DNA from: the human T2T-CHM13v2.0 reference genome, Homo sapiens
DNA: 64,000 nt
Strand: one strand, 5' to 3'
NCBI RefSeq assembly: GCF_009914755.1
Contig: NC_060948.1
In this document: piece by piece, positions 25,401-42,106 of the stretch
How positions within the stretch are numbered: the first letter of the stretch is position 1
Layout: each line of letters starts with the position of its first letter
Position numbers and translations under genes: made by a program
The notes under the pieces: model-generated
What the model was told of the DNA's origin: nothing
Database searches by the model: none
The model's input: only the letters and a program-made list of their open reading frames with translations

Positions 25401-26600
25401 TGTGCCTGTTTATTTGCCTGTCAACCATGTCATTTTGGTTACTATAGCTCTATAACATAATTTGAAGTGATAATATGGTTTCTATAGATTTGTTCTTCTT
25501 GCTTAAGATAGCTTTGGCTATTCTAGGTTATTTGAGGATTTATACAAAATTTAGATTTTTTTATTTCTGTAAAAATATCTGATATTATGATAGGAATTAC
25601 ATTATCTCTGTAGATTCATTTAGGTAGTACACATTTTAAAAATATTCATTCTATCATTTCATAAACAAGGCATACCTTTCCATTTTTAGGTGTCTTCAAT
25701 TTTTTACATAAGTGTTTTATAGTTTTTTCTATAGCGACTTTACACTTTATTAGCTAAGGTAAATTTTATGTATGTAATTTTATTTGTAGTATTGTAAGTA
25801 ATATTGATTTCTTATTTTTTCTCAGCTTGTTCACTGTTAGCAGATATAAATATTACTAATATTTATATGTTTATTTTTTATTCTACAACTTTGCTAATCT
25901 TATCATTATTGATCTTATAGCTGTTTGGTGGATTCTTTAAGATATTTTTCAAATGTAAGATTATATCATCAGCAAACAATAATAATTTGACTTATTTTTT
26001 TGTTTGTTTTTCTTCTGATTGCTCTAGGTAGAATTTTCAGTACTACCTTGAATAACAGTGGTGATGCTGGACATCCACTAAAATGTAAAATATTTTATAG
26101 GAACTACTTTCCTTTTTTTCCATTTAGTACGATGCTAGAGTAAGGTCTCTCATATATGGCTTTTATTATGTTGAGGTATGTTCTTTTTTGGGGGGTGAGA
26201 AGGTTTGTTATGAAGCAATTTCAAAGAAAGTGTGCTTTTTCAGCATGAATTAAAATGATCATATGGTTTTATTATTTATTCTGTTGATATGATATATTCC
26301 ATTGATTGATTTAGATATGTTGAACTCTTCTTGTATCTCTGGAATAAATGTCACTTGGTGATGATAAACAGTCTTCCTAATGTATGGTTGAATTCATTTT
26401 GCTAATATTTTCTTCCAGATTTTTTGTATTAATATTTATCAAAGATATTGGCCTGTAGTTGTTCTTTCAGGTATTTCTTTGCTTTTGGTATCAGAGTAAT
26501 ACTGGTCTTGTAGAATGAATTTGAAAGTGTTCCTTCTCCCTGTATTCTTCAAAATTTTTTGAGGAGGGCTGCTATTAGTTTCTCTTTAAATATTTAGTAC

Positions 26601-26897
26601 GGGCTGGGGATGGTGGCTCAGGTCTATAATCCAAGCAATTTTGGAGGCTAAGCAAAGTAGATCACTTATGGTGAGGAATTTGAGTGCAGCCCAGATAATG
26701 AAACCCTGTCTCTACTAAAAATAAAAAATTAGTTAGGTTTGGTTCTACCGGCCTGTAATCCTAGCTAGCAGGGAGGCTGAGGCACAAGAATTGTTAAATC
26801 CAGGAAACAGAGGCTTCAGTGAGCCACGATTGTGGCACTTTCCTCCTGCCTTGGTGACAGAGAAAGTCTTTATATTAATATTAATAATAATAATAAT
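26601..26897 (+). mobile_element. Diverged Alu (AluS/J) inside L1
   Basis: gggctggggatggtggctcagg ... ctctactaaaaata ... cagtgagcc, with a (TAA)n tail. Confidence 0.85.
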
Positions 26898-27392
26898 TTG
26901 TGGAATCAGCAGTGAAGCCATCTGATCTCAGATATTTTTAGCTGAAAGTCTTTTTATTACAGCTTTGGCATATTTACTTGTTCTTGATTTTTTCAGGTTT
27001 GAATTTTTCATGGTTGAATATTGGCATGTTGTATGGTTCTAGAATTTTTTTTTAAGAATTCCCAATGTATTGGCATATAGTGACCTTAGTGGTCATTATC
27101 TTTTGAATTTCCGGCCCATCAGTTCTAATGTTTTCTTTTCATCTCTAATTTTTTAATTTGTGTTCTCTCTTTTAGTTTATCTTGAAAACTAAAAGGTTTA
27201 TCAATTGTATTTAGTTTTTCAATAAACCAACCTTTATTTCATTGATTTTTTCTTTTGTTTTCATAATAATTTCATTTATTTTTGTTTTCATCTTTATTAT
27301 TTATTTTCTCCTTTTAATTGTGGATTTGATTTGTTTTTGCCTTTCTAGTTCTTTAATATGTATCAATAAGTGTTTTTATATAAAAGTTAATC

Positions 27393-27606
27393 TTTTTTTT
27401 TTTTTTTTTTTGAGATGGAGTCTTGCTCTGTCACCAGGCTGGAGTTGCAGTGGCATGATCTTGGCTCACGGCAACCTCTGCCTCCCAAGTTCCAGCAATT
27501 CTCCTTCCTCAGCCCACCGAGTATCTGGGGCTATAGTGCAAGCCACCACGCCCAGCTAATTTTTGTATTTTTAGTAGAGATTGGGTTTCATCATATTGGC
27601 CAGGAT
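27393..27606 (-). mobile_element. 5'-truncated Alu (AluSc/Sg-like)
   Basis: Poly(T) followed by gagatggagtcttgctctgtcaccaggctgg ... ggccaggat. Confidence 0.88.
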
Positions 27607-30600
27607 TCTTTTTTTATGTAGGCACTTGTAACTATATACATCATTCATAACTGCTTTTACTGTATTCCATAAATTTTGGGATAAATTTGGAATGTGGTGT
27701 TTCCATTATTTGTTTCAGAATTTTTTTAAATTTTCTTTTGAAGGTCTTTTTTAATTCACTTGTCATTCAGGAACATATTCTATTTATCTTTATGTTGATC
27801 CTTAGTTTTATTTTATTGCGGTCAGAGAAGACCCTTGATACTGTTTCAATTTTTTGAATGTTTTCATACATTTTTTACCTACTATACATCTTTGAGAAAC
27901 AACCATGTTTTAAGGAAAAAAAATGTGTATTTTGCAGCCATTTGATGAATGTTTTATAAATATCTATTAAGTTTGTTTGATCTATAGTGCAGATTTCATC
28001 TAATATTTCTGTGTTGATTTTCTGTTTGACAAATCTGTCCAGTGCTGAAAGTATAGTGTTGAAGTCTTCAGCTATTACTGTATTGAGCCTATATTTCTTA
28101 TTAGCCTTAATAATATGTGCTTTCAGTGTGGGTGTTTACACACCTAAAATTATTATATCCTCCTGCTGAATTGACCTGTTTGTCATGATTCAGTGACCTT
28201 CTTCTTACAGTTTTTGTCTTGTAATGTGTCTAGCGTGATATAAGCATAAATACTTCTGCTTTTTTTTTTGGTTTCCATTGACAGAATATTTTTTCTATTT
28301 TTTAAATTTTCAGTCTATTTGAGCCTTATAAATAATGTATGTCTTTTTCAGGCAACAGATTATCGGGCCTTGTTTTCTTATGTATTCAACCACTGTATAT
28401 TTTTTGTGTGGAGAATTTATTCTATTTCTATTCAATGTTATTATTGATAATCAGAAACAGTTTACATTTTTCTATTTGCTATTTTATCAAATTTAGTTTT
28501 CCCTTCTCTTTTTAATAAAGGTAATATTTTCAGTTATATAATTTAATTGCTTTTTATTTTCTGTGTATCTGTTGTATGTTTTCTGATTTGACCTTGCCAT
28601 AAGATAGGAAGATACTACTTTACAACCAATTATTTTAAGCTGATAACAACCTTGTTTCAGCAGCAAACAAACAAATGAACAAGCAAGAATAAAACTAGTA
28701 AACATTTACAGCTTAACTTTGCACCCCTCATTTTTAACTTTTTTTTTGTTTCTATCTTTATCTTATGTTCTGAAAAATTGTAATAGTTGTCTGTCTGTGG
28801 ACGTAGAAGTCTATGGTGTTTACTTTCAGTTTTGTTGTCTAAGTTTGTCTTGTTTTTCTTGGCAAACATTTCACATACTTAAAATGTCTTGAGTGTTGTA
28901 ATCTAAGATGTATCTGCATCAGGGGACACTCAAAATCCAGTCATGTTTTGGTTCTAGCAGACTTATATTGGTACTATCTTAATAATTTGGGTCAAGGTCT
29001 AGAATTCTCTGAATTTTACTGCAGAAATTTTTGTCCTGTTTCTTACTTTTTCTTAAGAAACTCTCTGTTTTGAGCCACCTGGAGTGGAGTGACCCAAGAA
29101 CCCCTGCTGCCACCACAATGAGGAATGTGCTGGGTTAGAATTGAAGCCAGGACAGCACTGTGTTCAGCCCAGGGCCTACTGTAACCAAACCCTGACTACT
29201 GCCTTTGTTTGCTCTACATGCTGGGGCTCTATGATAATCAGGTGGAAAAGTCAGTTAAGCCTATGTTCTTCCATATGGGTGGCAAAATTCTCTGGGTCCA
29301 TGGTTGGTCCAGAGTTGTCATCTGGGAGCCAAGGACTAGAGTCAAATATTTTACATGTTGACCTCGGTCTTCTATTGCACTGTGCCTCAGCTGGCAAAGA
29401 AATTACAAGACACAGTCTTCCTACACTTTTCTCTCCTTTTCAAAGGCAGAGGAACCGCATTTCCTGGCCATTGTGAACTCAAGTCCAAAGGACATAGTGC
29501 CAATCAGCTGCTGATATTGCTTTAGGACCCAACAGTTATTTAGTCAGCTTGTGTTAAATTTTGCCTTTCTGGGGTCACTCTTCAGGGCAGTGGTTTCCCC
29601 ACTGTCCCAGTGCAGGTCCAGGTGTGTCATTTAAGATCCAAGGCCTTTAATTGGGCTCCCCAGTGGCCAACTTTGTGTTTTATTTTGCTGTGGAAGAGCT
29701 AACACCTATGGTGCAAGCTTACTCCCCTTTATCTTTCTCCATGTTTTTCTCCAGCAGAAAACGTCTTCTTCTATAGCCACCACAACTGGAAGTGAGTTGT
29801 TTCTCACCTGAAGCCAACAAATCTCAGATTCTTACCCAAAGTTTATGACATACTACCTTGTTACTGTTGTTTATTCAGGGTCCAAGCATTCTTCAGTTAG
29901 AAGACAATAAATGCTGTCAGGATTGTGTTTATTATTCTTCAAGGTAGCAGCTTCCCTTTTAGTCCAAAGTATTTCTAGACATATCATCTTGTAACTCAGT
30001 CCTGTATAGATGGCCTCACAAATCTGACTGCTGGCCTATTCTGTTGTGGCTAAGCTGGTATTCAAGATACAAAACGAAGTCTTCCTCCACTCTTCCCATT
30101 CTTTTATTCTAGTGGAAGAAAAGGATCTCTTTTGAGCTGTAAGCTTTGCAGGCTCAAGGTAGAGTAAGAGTGGAACGAGCACTCCCTTACCTGCCCCAGT
30201 TGATTTCTTAGTAGGTAATGTGCCATACCAGTTTACCGGCTTTGAGCCCAGTGAAGTTTTAGGTCTTGCATGAGTTGCAGGCATTGTGGCCTAGAGTGTC
30301 TTTCAAGTTTGTGTGTGATCCCTTAGCACTCCAGCCTAAAGTGGTGAGACTTGTAGAAACTCGAATTCCATCCACTGAGATGAACAATTTTTCTCTGGCT
30401 AGGACTTTTTAAAATACTTTCACAGTTTATGGGTATTACCTGAATTTTGTCTGATTTTGCTTTCTGCTGTAATGAGGTATGAATAGGTTCAAAGCAAAGT
30501 CTCACAATTGATCTATTCTCCACAGAATCTCCCTCCATGTCACAGCTGATGGATGAGTAACAAGTAACATTTGCAATTCACAAGTGGATCTTCTGCCTTT

Positions 30601-31454
30601 TCAGTGCCTCTTTCACTAACATGGAGACAAAAATAGAAACTATGAGTGCTCACTTAATTTTGTTTTTTATGAAGATGCTTTTTCTGTAGATAGTTGTTAA
30701 ATTGATATGCCTATTATGGTATTATAAGTGCAAACTTCTATTTGAACATCTTGATCTGTCCTTATTCTAAATCAACTTTCTTAAATGATTGTACGTTATT
30801 CTAAAATGTCTTTGCATTGTACATTATAAACGTTTGGACACATTTGGCATTCTGGTTGTACTGGCTCTGGATTTATGATTATAATAGTATTTTACTCTGT
30901 TAAACTCACTAAGCAAATATTGTATAAATAGAACATATAAAAAGTAAGCCCTTGATCTTTGCCATCTCAAGCATATATATTTAGCTGAAACATTACTGTT
31001 CTTTCACTGGAAAATTTACCTGCTTGAAAATATTCAAAATCAAATAACTAAAATCCAGAAATACAAATGCAGAGTCTAGCACCAAGAATATTCAAAAGAG
31101 TTTAAATCTCAAGAAACATAATGTTCTGGTATCATCCAAAATGTAAGCACCTCAAATAACCCAATTTTGGAAGATTACAAGATAATTTATGACTTGTTTC
31201 CATAGAGGTTCTCCTGAACAGAAACACTACTCTTGTCAAATAGATATCTCCAAGTAAAATTTCAAATTACATTTTTTTTATAGTTTAAAATATCCCACTT
31301 TAAGTCAAATAAATATCTGGAAAATTGTGTAATTTGATAATAAGCTGTCTTTCAGTTGAACTGGCTTCTTATTATTTTTGAGATAAAAGAATGAAGCAGG
31401 TGAACTCTCCTCCTCAATACAGGAATGATTGCACATTTAATGCCTCAGCATTTA

Positions 31455-31765
31455 ATTAATTAATGTGTTAACTTATTAATTAATTAATTTTGAGATGGAG
31501 TCTCACTCTGTTGCACAGGCTGGCGTACAGTGGCATGATCTCAGCTCACTGCAACCTCCACCTGGGTTCAAGTAGTTCTCCTGCCTCAGGCTCCCCAGTA
31601 GCTAGGATTCCAAGCGCAGGTGCCCAGCTAATATTTTTGTATTTTTGGTGGAGATGGGGTTTCATCATGTTGGCCAGGCTTTTCTCTTAACTCCTGACCT
31701 TGTGATCTGCCTGCCTTGGCCTCCCAAAGTGCTGGGATTACAGGTGTGAGCCACCACGCCCGGCC
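31455..31765 (-). mobile_element. AluS, full length
   Basis: Ends ccaccacgcccggcc; TSD ctcagcattta (31444-31454) / ctcaccattta (31766-31776). Confidence 0.92.
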
Positions 31766-31923
31766 CTCACCATTTATTTTAATCAAGATGCTAGAATAAT
31801 GAAAACAGTTTTAACTTCAGTCAAAAGAAGTTTATCTTAAGTCACAAAGTTCACTAAAAGTTTCATTGCTTTATGCAGGATAATTCTCAGTAAATAGTGC
31901 TAATCAAGTCTAGCTTTCTAAAG

Positions 31924-32085
31924 CAGATGTTGGAAAACTTACAGTAAAAGAGCAGACAGTAAATAACAAAGACTGTACCATTTGGTGTCTGTTGTTTTTA
32001 TTCACCTCAGGCCTTGAAGTGAAAGTGGCTGAAGCTGCAGGTAACAGAAAAGGGGTGGCCAGTAAAGCCCTAGTCAGCAAGCCTT
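31924..32085 (+). mobile_element. MER58A-like hAT DNA-transposon relic
   Basis: cagatgttggaaaactt...gtaaaagagcagacagtaaata resembles the MER58 terminus CAGGGGTCGGCAAACT...GTAAAGGGCCAGATAGTAAATA. Confidence 0.55.
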
Positions 32086-32960
32086 GTGCCTCTTCTCATT
32101 CCACACAGAAAAAGAGCCACACAGGGGGAGAGCATGGCAGGCAGTCCTGGCTCATTGCCCTTGCTAAATAGCTTCCTGCAGATGAGGCCCAGTCCCAGCA
32201 CTAATTTAAAATGGGTCTGCTTTTTCTACTGAGTAATACTGCCCCAGTAAAGGGTGCATCTGTGGACCCACCCCTATACACATCTGAGGTTCTGCTGCAG
32301 CCCCTGATAAGGACACTTGACAGGCTTTAGATGAGTTCAGGCAGAAGAACATGAATGTCTGAGGGATTTTAGCATATTTTCTAGTCACTGATTGTATCTT
32401 ATTCCTGAAGGGACAAGGGTCAGCTGAGCTTCTTGGGCAGGGGCCTTTGATGTGCTGTCCTGGCAGGGCTTTTCTTGCCTGTCAGATGCATGGGGTTTTA
32501 AGATGTTTAAAATAGCACAAATTCTTAAACCTCCAAACTTAGAAGCAGAACCTCCTCTTCTCTATGTTACCATTCTGCCCAAGTACTTATTTATTCATGT
32601 TTAAGATTTTAAATTTAGAAAACACTTTGACCACTTTTTAATTAAAACTTCCACGAATTTATTAAATTCTTATGTTGTCAGGTAGTACTTTTGAGGCATT
32701 CCTAAAAATATATTATAGTTTCAACTTTTTTTGTGACTGTCTGCATAATTCATTTGTGATTAAAAAAACCAGTATTGTAAATCTGCCAGGTATGGCTTTT
32801 AGAAGACTTTGACCTATTAGTAGCATTTTCTGACTCTCAAAATTTATTGTAGAAAAAGGGATCATGTAAGTCTATCTTGGAGTCAGATTAATAACTTTGT
32901 GTCATGAAGAATTTAGTATCAAAATTTACAAAAATTATGCAAACAAGTTGATATGTCCTA

Positions 32961-33316
32961 TGTCTTGTTAATCTGGGTTGCTACAATGAATTTCATAGAC
33001 TGGGGAGTTTATAAACAACAGGAATTCATTTTGTGCGTTTATAGACCTGGTCCAAGATCATGGTTAGCATATTCTTTGTCTGGAAAGGGATAGCTTTCTG
33101 CTTAATAGATGGTTATCTTTTTCATAGTGTCCTTACATGACACTATGAATAAGAAAGCCCCCTGAGTTCTTTTTTATACAGGCATTAATCCAATTTATAA
33201 GGTCTCTTTCCTCATAACCTAGTTACTTCCCAAGCTTCGACTACAAGTACCATGATATAGCAAATTAGATTTTATCATATACATTTGATGGGAACAAAAA
33301 TATTTGGCTTATAGCA
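32961..33316 (-). mobile_element. MLT1A/MST-type MaLR solo LTR
   Basis: tgtcttgttaatctgggttgctacaa...gactggggagtttataaacaacagg ... ttggcttatagca; ~355 bp. Confidence 0.75.
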
Positions 33317-33897
33317 TCAGGTAACCCTGAGCCATATGCACTTAGAAGAGTTGTATACTACTCTGTAAATATTTTCTGGTATCCTCTGGTTTAGAAAAAA
33401 ATGGTGATTTCTGATTTAGCTATATCTAAGTTCTAAATTCTACAGTCTCCTGCACAATTTGTTTAAGGGACAGAAGAAATGTTGTAGGCAAATTGCCATT
33501 CAGTTTTAAGACAGTTCTTAAGAAGGTATGTTATCTTAATAAGAATAGGAGGCAGGAAAATGACAAAGTGCAGAAATAGATAAATCATAATGAGAAATGG
33601 TAAAAGGAACTCAGAGACATGGAAGTAAACTAGAAGACAAAAGAGTAGCAGGTTTACTAAAAACATAAGACTCTCCTGTTGCTAAAATTAGCCACTTATT
33701 TACATTTGGCTAGATACAAATCTAATAAGACAATTTTTTAGAGACAATGCCTTGCTTTGTCACCCAGACTGGAGGGCATCATTTGGGGCACACTATAGCC
33801 CCAAATTCCAGAGCTCAAGCAATTTACCCATTCTTGTCTTTTAAATAGCTGGAACTACAAACGTGTGCCATCATGCCCATCTAATTTTCTTTTTTTT

Positions 33898-34029
33898 ACT
33901 TAAAATCAACTGATTATAGATGTTAAACCTGTCTACAGAATACCTTCATAGCAACACCAATGTTAATGTTTGATTAAATAACTGGGTACTATGGCTTAAT
34001 CACATTGACACTTAAAACTGACCATCACA
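33898..34029 (-). mobile_element. MLT2 LTR 5'-end fragment
   Basis: Ends ttgacacttaaaactgaccatcaca, the reverse complement of the MLT2 start TGTGATGGTTAATTTT. Confidence 0.75.
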
Positions 34030-34134
34030 CCATAGTCAGCAATTACAAGGAGCAAACTATTGATATACATAACAAACTGGATGACTCTCCAGTGAATTTT
34101 GCTAAGCAAGAAAGCCATTTCTAAAAGGTTACAT

Positions 34135-34610
34135 GTAAGTCATTTTACTATAAAGACACATGCACACATATTTTATTGCAGTACTATTTAGAGTAGCAAA
34201 GACTTAGAACCAACCCAAATGTTCATCAGTGATAGACTGGGTAAAGAAACTGTGGCATATACGCACCATGCAATACTACGCAGCCATAAAACAGAATGAG
34301 TTCACGTCCTTTTCAGGGACATGGATGAGGCTGGAAACCATCTTTCTTAGCAAACTAACACAGGAACAGAAAACCAAACACTGAATGTTCTCACTCATAA
34401 GTGGGAGTCGAACAATGAGAAAACACAGACACAGGGAGTAGAACATCACACACCACGGCCTGTCAAGGGCTGAGAGGAAAGAGGAGGGAGAGCATTAGGA
34501 AAAATACCTAATGCATGTTGGGCTTAAAACCTAGATGACAGGTTGATAGGTATAGCAAACCACTGTGGCACATGTATACCTACGTAAAAAATCTACATGT
34601 TCTGTACATG
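34135..34610 (+). mobile_element. L1PA7/8-like 3' segment lacking its own poly(A)
   Basis: ctataaagacacatgcac ... gggcttaaaacctagatgacaggttgatagg ... ctgtacatg. Confidence 0.88.
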
Positions 34611-34993
34611 TGCCTATCTAATTTTTATATTTCTTTTAAAAAAGATCTCCCTAGGTTGCCCAATCTTTCACATAATCTTTCACATAATCTTTCACATAAT
34701 CTCCCTAGGTTGCCTAATCTTTCACATAAAGTGATCCTCCTGCCTCAGTAAACCAAATGGGTAAATTACAGACTCTAGCCACTTCACTCAGACTAATTAA
34801 ACAATTTTTAATTCAGAATATTATTTTAAAGTTTCTGTTCTGTGTATCATCCAAAACATTCTGCTCATTGGACAGGATAAATATTTTTTAAGGGAATCTC
34901 TCCAATGAGCATTGTTCAAATCAAATGTTCCCAGAGTGGTCACAAAAGAATCAATTCTTGATGGAGTGAGGTTGTTCAGAAAGACAGTGACAA

Positions 34994-35291
<298 letters not shown>

Positions 35292-36323
35292 TATATAGTG
35301 ACAAGAATGAGAATTGCAATTTAAAAGTACAAATAGGAAATCAATAGCTTTTTCTGAAAGTAGAGAAAATATGGCTGTAGACAACTTCAAAGGAGATAGT
35401 ACCATTTAGTAAAAACAAATGCTATACATTTTGTGTCTTGAGCTCTCATCCAAGTAGTGGGTCACCTCTGAATAAAGACACAAAAATATCTGCCTCCAGG
35501 AGGTGTAAAGAAAAAAAGGCACTCTCTTGATCACAAAACAAATGCACAGAATTAGGGAAGAAGAAAGAAGAACTTATTCCAATTGTGCATTTTTCCCTCA
35601 GAAAATTGTGTCTAAATTGATGCCTGAGCAGTGAGAAATGTAGATTCACTAGTGTGTGAAGCTGGCTCAGAAAATAGCCAAATAGGACATATTACTATGC
35701 TTATATGTTTATTCTCTGATTCTTCTCCCTATGATAAAATTTTTGATGGCATAACTCTAAACAATTATATAAATATTCAAAAGTACCTGAGATACTCAAT
35801 GTAAAGACAAGATAGCTCAGATCTAAATGTGACTTATGACATTAGTACTTATCTGACAATCATGAGCAGAGGGTGGCTCAGTGAGTGCTGGTCAAATAAT
35901 GGAGTCTAAGGTGAAAGTAAACGCAGAGGTTACTTCAGTAATACCTCCAAAATAACAGTGGCACATAATGGAGACAAGACCACCCAAATAAAATTATGAA
36001 AAGGCAATATATTTCAGCTTTGTTCCAACAAGGAAATTAGCCACCTTCACTTTTGTTCAGTGAAAACTCAAAGGCAAGCACAGGGTTTAAAAGCCACTGT
36101 TTCTGCAATGTCAGCTGTCACAGTAGAGAAGGCGATTGAGGCATATTGATGGACACCTTGTGAAGATTATGGAATTGCCACATGGACTTTCCAATAGGCC
36201 AAGCTGAAGAAATGGGAGCAACAAAATAAATAAGAATAACATTAATTTATAACCAAGATAATAAAATAAATATTTATGAGGCCATACTGATATAAATTGA
36301 ATAAGAAAGAGGAAAACAAGAAG

Positions 36324-36988
36324 TGTTGTAGTCTCAACAGTGGACCAAGATGTAACAGTCTCTGGTTTTATGAAATTTTTTTTGACTCTAAACAACAAAA
36401 TGAGAATCAGCAATGTTCCAAGCAAAAGTAAAAAATACTGCTTTAGTTTTCTATTAGTTTACTTTCTTTTATTAACTATTGCTCTGCTTTACAATTATAA
36501 ACATTTTAGCTTTTCATGAGCTCTGTGTGATTTTCAGTTATCAAAAACATGCATTTCAGAACACCTTTTAAAATTTCAAAGTTGATTATAAACCATATTT
36601 TAAAGACAATTAAAACCAGACAACAATTGTCTTTAAATGACAAAATCTCCAGAGTGAATACAATCAGGAACACAATGAGCAAAGAAATTCAGTTGTTTTG
36701 GGGGTTTACAATAACCCAACAAAATAACCTGAACTGTGATTGATAGTACATATTCAGACATTAGAGCCTTAGATGTTCCATATGGTTTTAAAAAGTACAT
36801 TAATATAATTCACTAAACTATAGCATGAAGAAGATTAGACATCACTTCGGCAATCTCATAAACCTAAACATGTCAAATAATCCTGTTTACCCCTTTTCTG
36901 GATACTTCAGGGCCTCTATATAGTTCCGAAAAGCTGGGCAACAGGGAGGACAACATTGAAATTGAAATTTGATTTTGGAAGTCTGCCA
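36324..36988 (-). mobile_element. Third copy of the same ERV1 family: LTR terminal ~45 bp fused to an internal fragment
   Basis: tgttgtagtctcaacagtggaccaagatg matches 17262ff; 36375-36988 is collinear with 9365-9608 plus 9935-10195. Confidence 0.7.
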
Positions 36989-37820
36989 TACACCAGCTAA
37001 AATTGCTTATATTCATAAAACAGGCAATAACAAATACTGGTGAGGATTCGAATAAAATGGTATCTTTGTACACTGTTGGTGGGAATGTAAATTGGTACAA
37101 GCATTATGAAAAAAAATTTGAACATTCCACAAAAAACTAATAATTGAGCTACCATATGATTCAGCTACCATGTATCTTACTGCTAAGCATATATCCCAGA
37201 AAAAAAGAAGTGAATATATCAAAGAAATGTCCGTGATTTTATGTTTGTTGCAGCACTGTTTGCAATAGCTAAGATTTAAAAACAACTTAAGTGTCCATTC
37301 TTCCAGAAGAATGTATGAAGAAAATGTGAAACATACACACAAAAGAGTACAATATAGACAATAAAAATAAAATCCAGTCATTTGCAACACCATAGATGGA
37401 AATAAAGTTATTATATTTTGTGAAATAAGCCAAGTACAGAGAGACAATGAACACATGTTCACACTTATTTAGGAACCTAAAAATAAAAACATATTTATAC
37501 ATAGCGGATGGTTGCCAGTGTCTTGGAAAGGTATTGGGAGGGAGGGGAAGAGGTGGGAATGATTAATGGTTGCAAAAACATTAGAAATAATTAAAAATAC
37601 TTAATACTTAATAGCATACCAGTGACCATAATAAAATAATTGTGCATTTTGAAATATCTTAAAGATATAATTATATTGTTTTCAACACAGTGGTTAAGTA
37701 CATGAGATTATGGATACCCAATTCCCGTATTTCACATTGCATGCCTATACCATGACATCTTATGTCACCCATAAATATATATACTTATTATATACCCAAA
37801 AAGTTAAAATTTAAAAAATA
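36989..37820 (+). mobile_element. L1MA-type 3' end
   Basis: acaggcaataacaaatactggtgagg ... cccataaatatatatacttattatatacccaaaagttaaaatttaaaaaa. Confidence 0.85.
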
Positions 37821-38003
37821 TACTCATAATAATGTTAAGCATAAAGAAAATAACACAAAAGTCAATTAGAGATGTTAATTATATCAAAAGCTAAACAAAT
37901 CTGAGGAAGTTTCAGCCAGAATAAGAAAAAAAAGGAGACCCACATAAATAAAATCAGAAATTAAAAACTGGATATAAAATGATACTACAGAAATTCAAAG
38001 GAT

Positions 38004-39019
38004 CAGATGAGTAGGTTGCAAAAGTTTTCTCCCATTCTGTAGGTTGCCTGTTCACTCTGATGGTAGTTTCTTTTGCCATGCAGAAGCTCACAACCTACTC
38101 ATCTGACAAAGGGCTAATATCCAGAATCTACAATGAACTCAAACAAATATACAAGAAAAAACAAACAACCCCATCAAAAAGTGGGTGAAGTATATGAACA
38201 GACACTTCTCAAAAGAAGACATTTATGCAGCCAAAAAACACATGAGAAAATGCTCATCTTCACTGGCCATCAGAGAAATGCAGATCAAAACCACAATGAG
38301 ATACCATCTCACACCAGTTAGAATGGCAATCATTAAAAAGTCAGGAAACAACAGGTGCTGGAGAGGATGTGGAGAAATAAAACACTTTTACACTGTTGGT
38401 GGGACTGTAAACTAGTTCAACCATTGTGGAAGTCAGTGTGGCGATTCCTCAGGGATCTAGAACTAGAAATACCATTTGACCCAGCCATCCCATTACTGGG
38501 TATATACCCAAAGGACTATAAATCATGCTGCTATAAAGACACATGCACACGTATGTTTATTGTGGCACTATTCACAATAGCAAAGACTTGGAACCAACTC
38601 AAATGTCCATCAATGATAGACAGGATTAAGAAAATGTGGCACATATACACCATGGAATACTATGCAGCCATAAAAAATGATGAGTTCATGTACTTTGCAG
38701 GAACATGGATGAAACTGGAAGCCATCATTCTCAGCAAACTATCACAAGGACAAAAAACTAAACACCGCATATTCTCACTCATAGGTGGGAATTGAACAAT
38801 GAGAACACTTGGACACAGGAAGGGGAGCATCACACACTGGGGACTGTTGTGGGGTTGGGGGAGTGGGGAGGGATAGCATTAGGAGATATACCTAATGCTA
38901 AACAATGAGTTAATGGGTGCAGCACACCAACATGGCACACGTATACATATGTAACAAACCTGCACGTTGTGCACATGTACCTTAAAACTTAAAGTATAAT
39001 AATAATAAAATTTAAAAAA
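38004..39019 (+). mobile_element. L1PA3/4-like insertion with 5' inversion (antisense 38005-38089, sense 38090-39019)
   Basis: Perfect 15-bp TSD agaaattcaaaggat at 37989-38003 and 39020-39034. ORFs 38185..38795 match the ORF2 C-terminus. Confidence 0.93.
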
Positions 39020-39182
39020 AGAAATTCAAAGGATTACTACTTATGCAAAGAAATTGGAAAATTTAAGTTGTCACTATCCTAGGCAAATATAACCTACCAA
39101 AATTAAGCCTGGAATAAAGGCAAAACATAAACTGCCCAATAAGAATTAATGAGATCAAAGTTATAATATAAAGTATTTTCTT

Positions 39183-42106
<2,924 letters not shown>

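Larger units (their letters stand above)
23975..30785 (-). mobile_element. Long L1MA-type element: 3' UTR, ORF2, ORF1 largely deleted, 5' region at ~28.9-30.8 kb; carries two Alus
   Basis: Continuous antisense ORF2 motifs from ~24270 to ~28500; L1MA-type 3' UTR at ~24.0-24.3 kb; L1M-type 5' sequence from ~28.8 kb. Confidence 0.82.
33733..34793 (-). mobile_element. AluJ split in its A-rich linker by an insertion (right arm 33733-33888, left arm 34611-34793)
   Basis: Right arm gagacaatgccttgctttgtcacccagactgg...gctcaagcaat; left arm ...ctaggttgccca...gtgatcctcctgcctcag...gccacttcactcagac. Confidence 0.7.
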
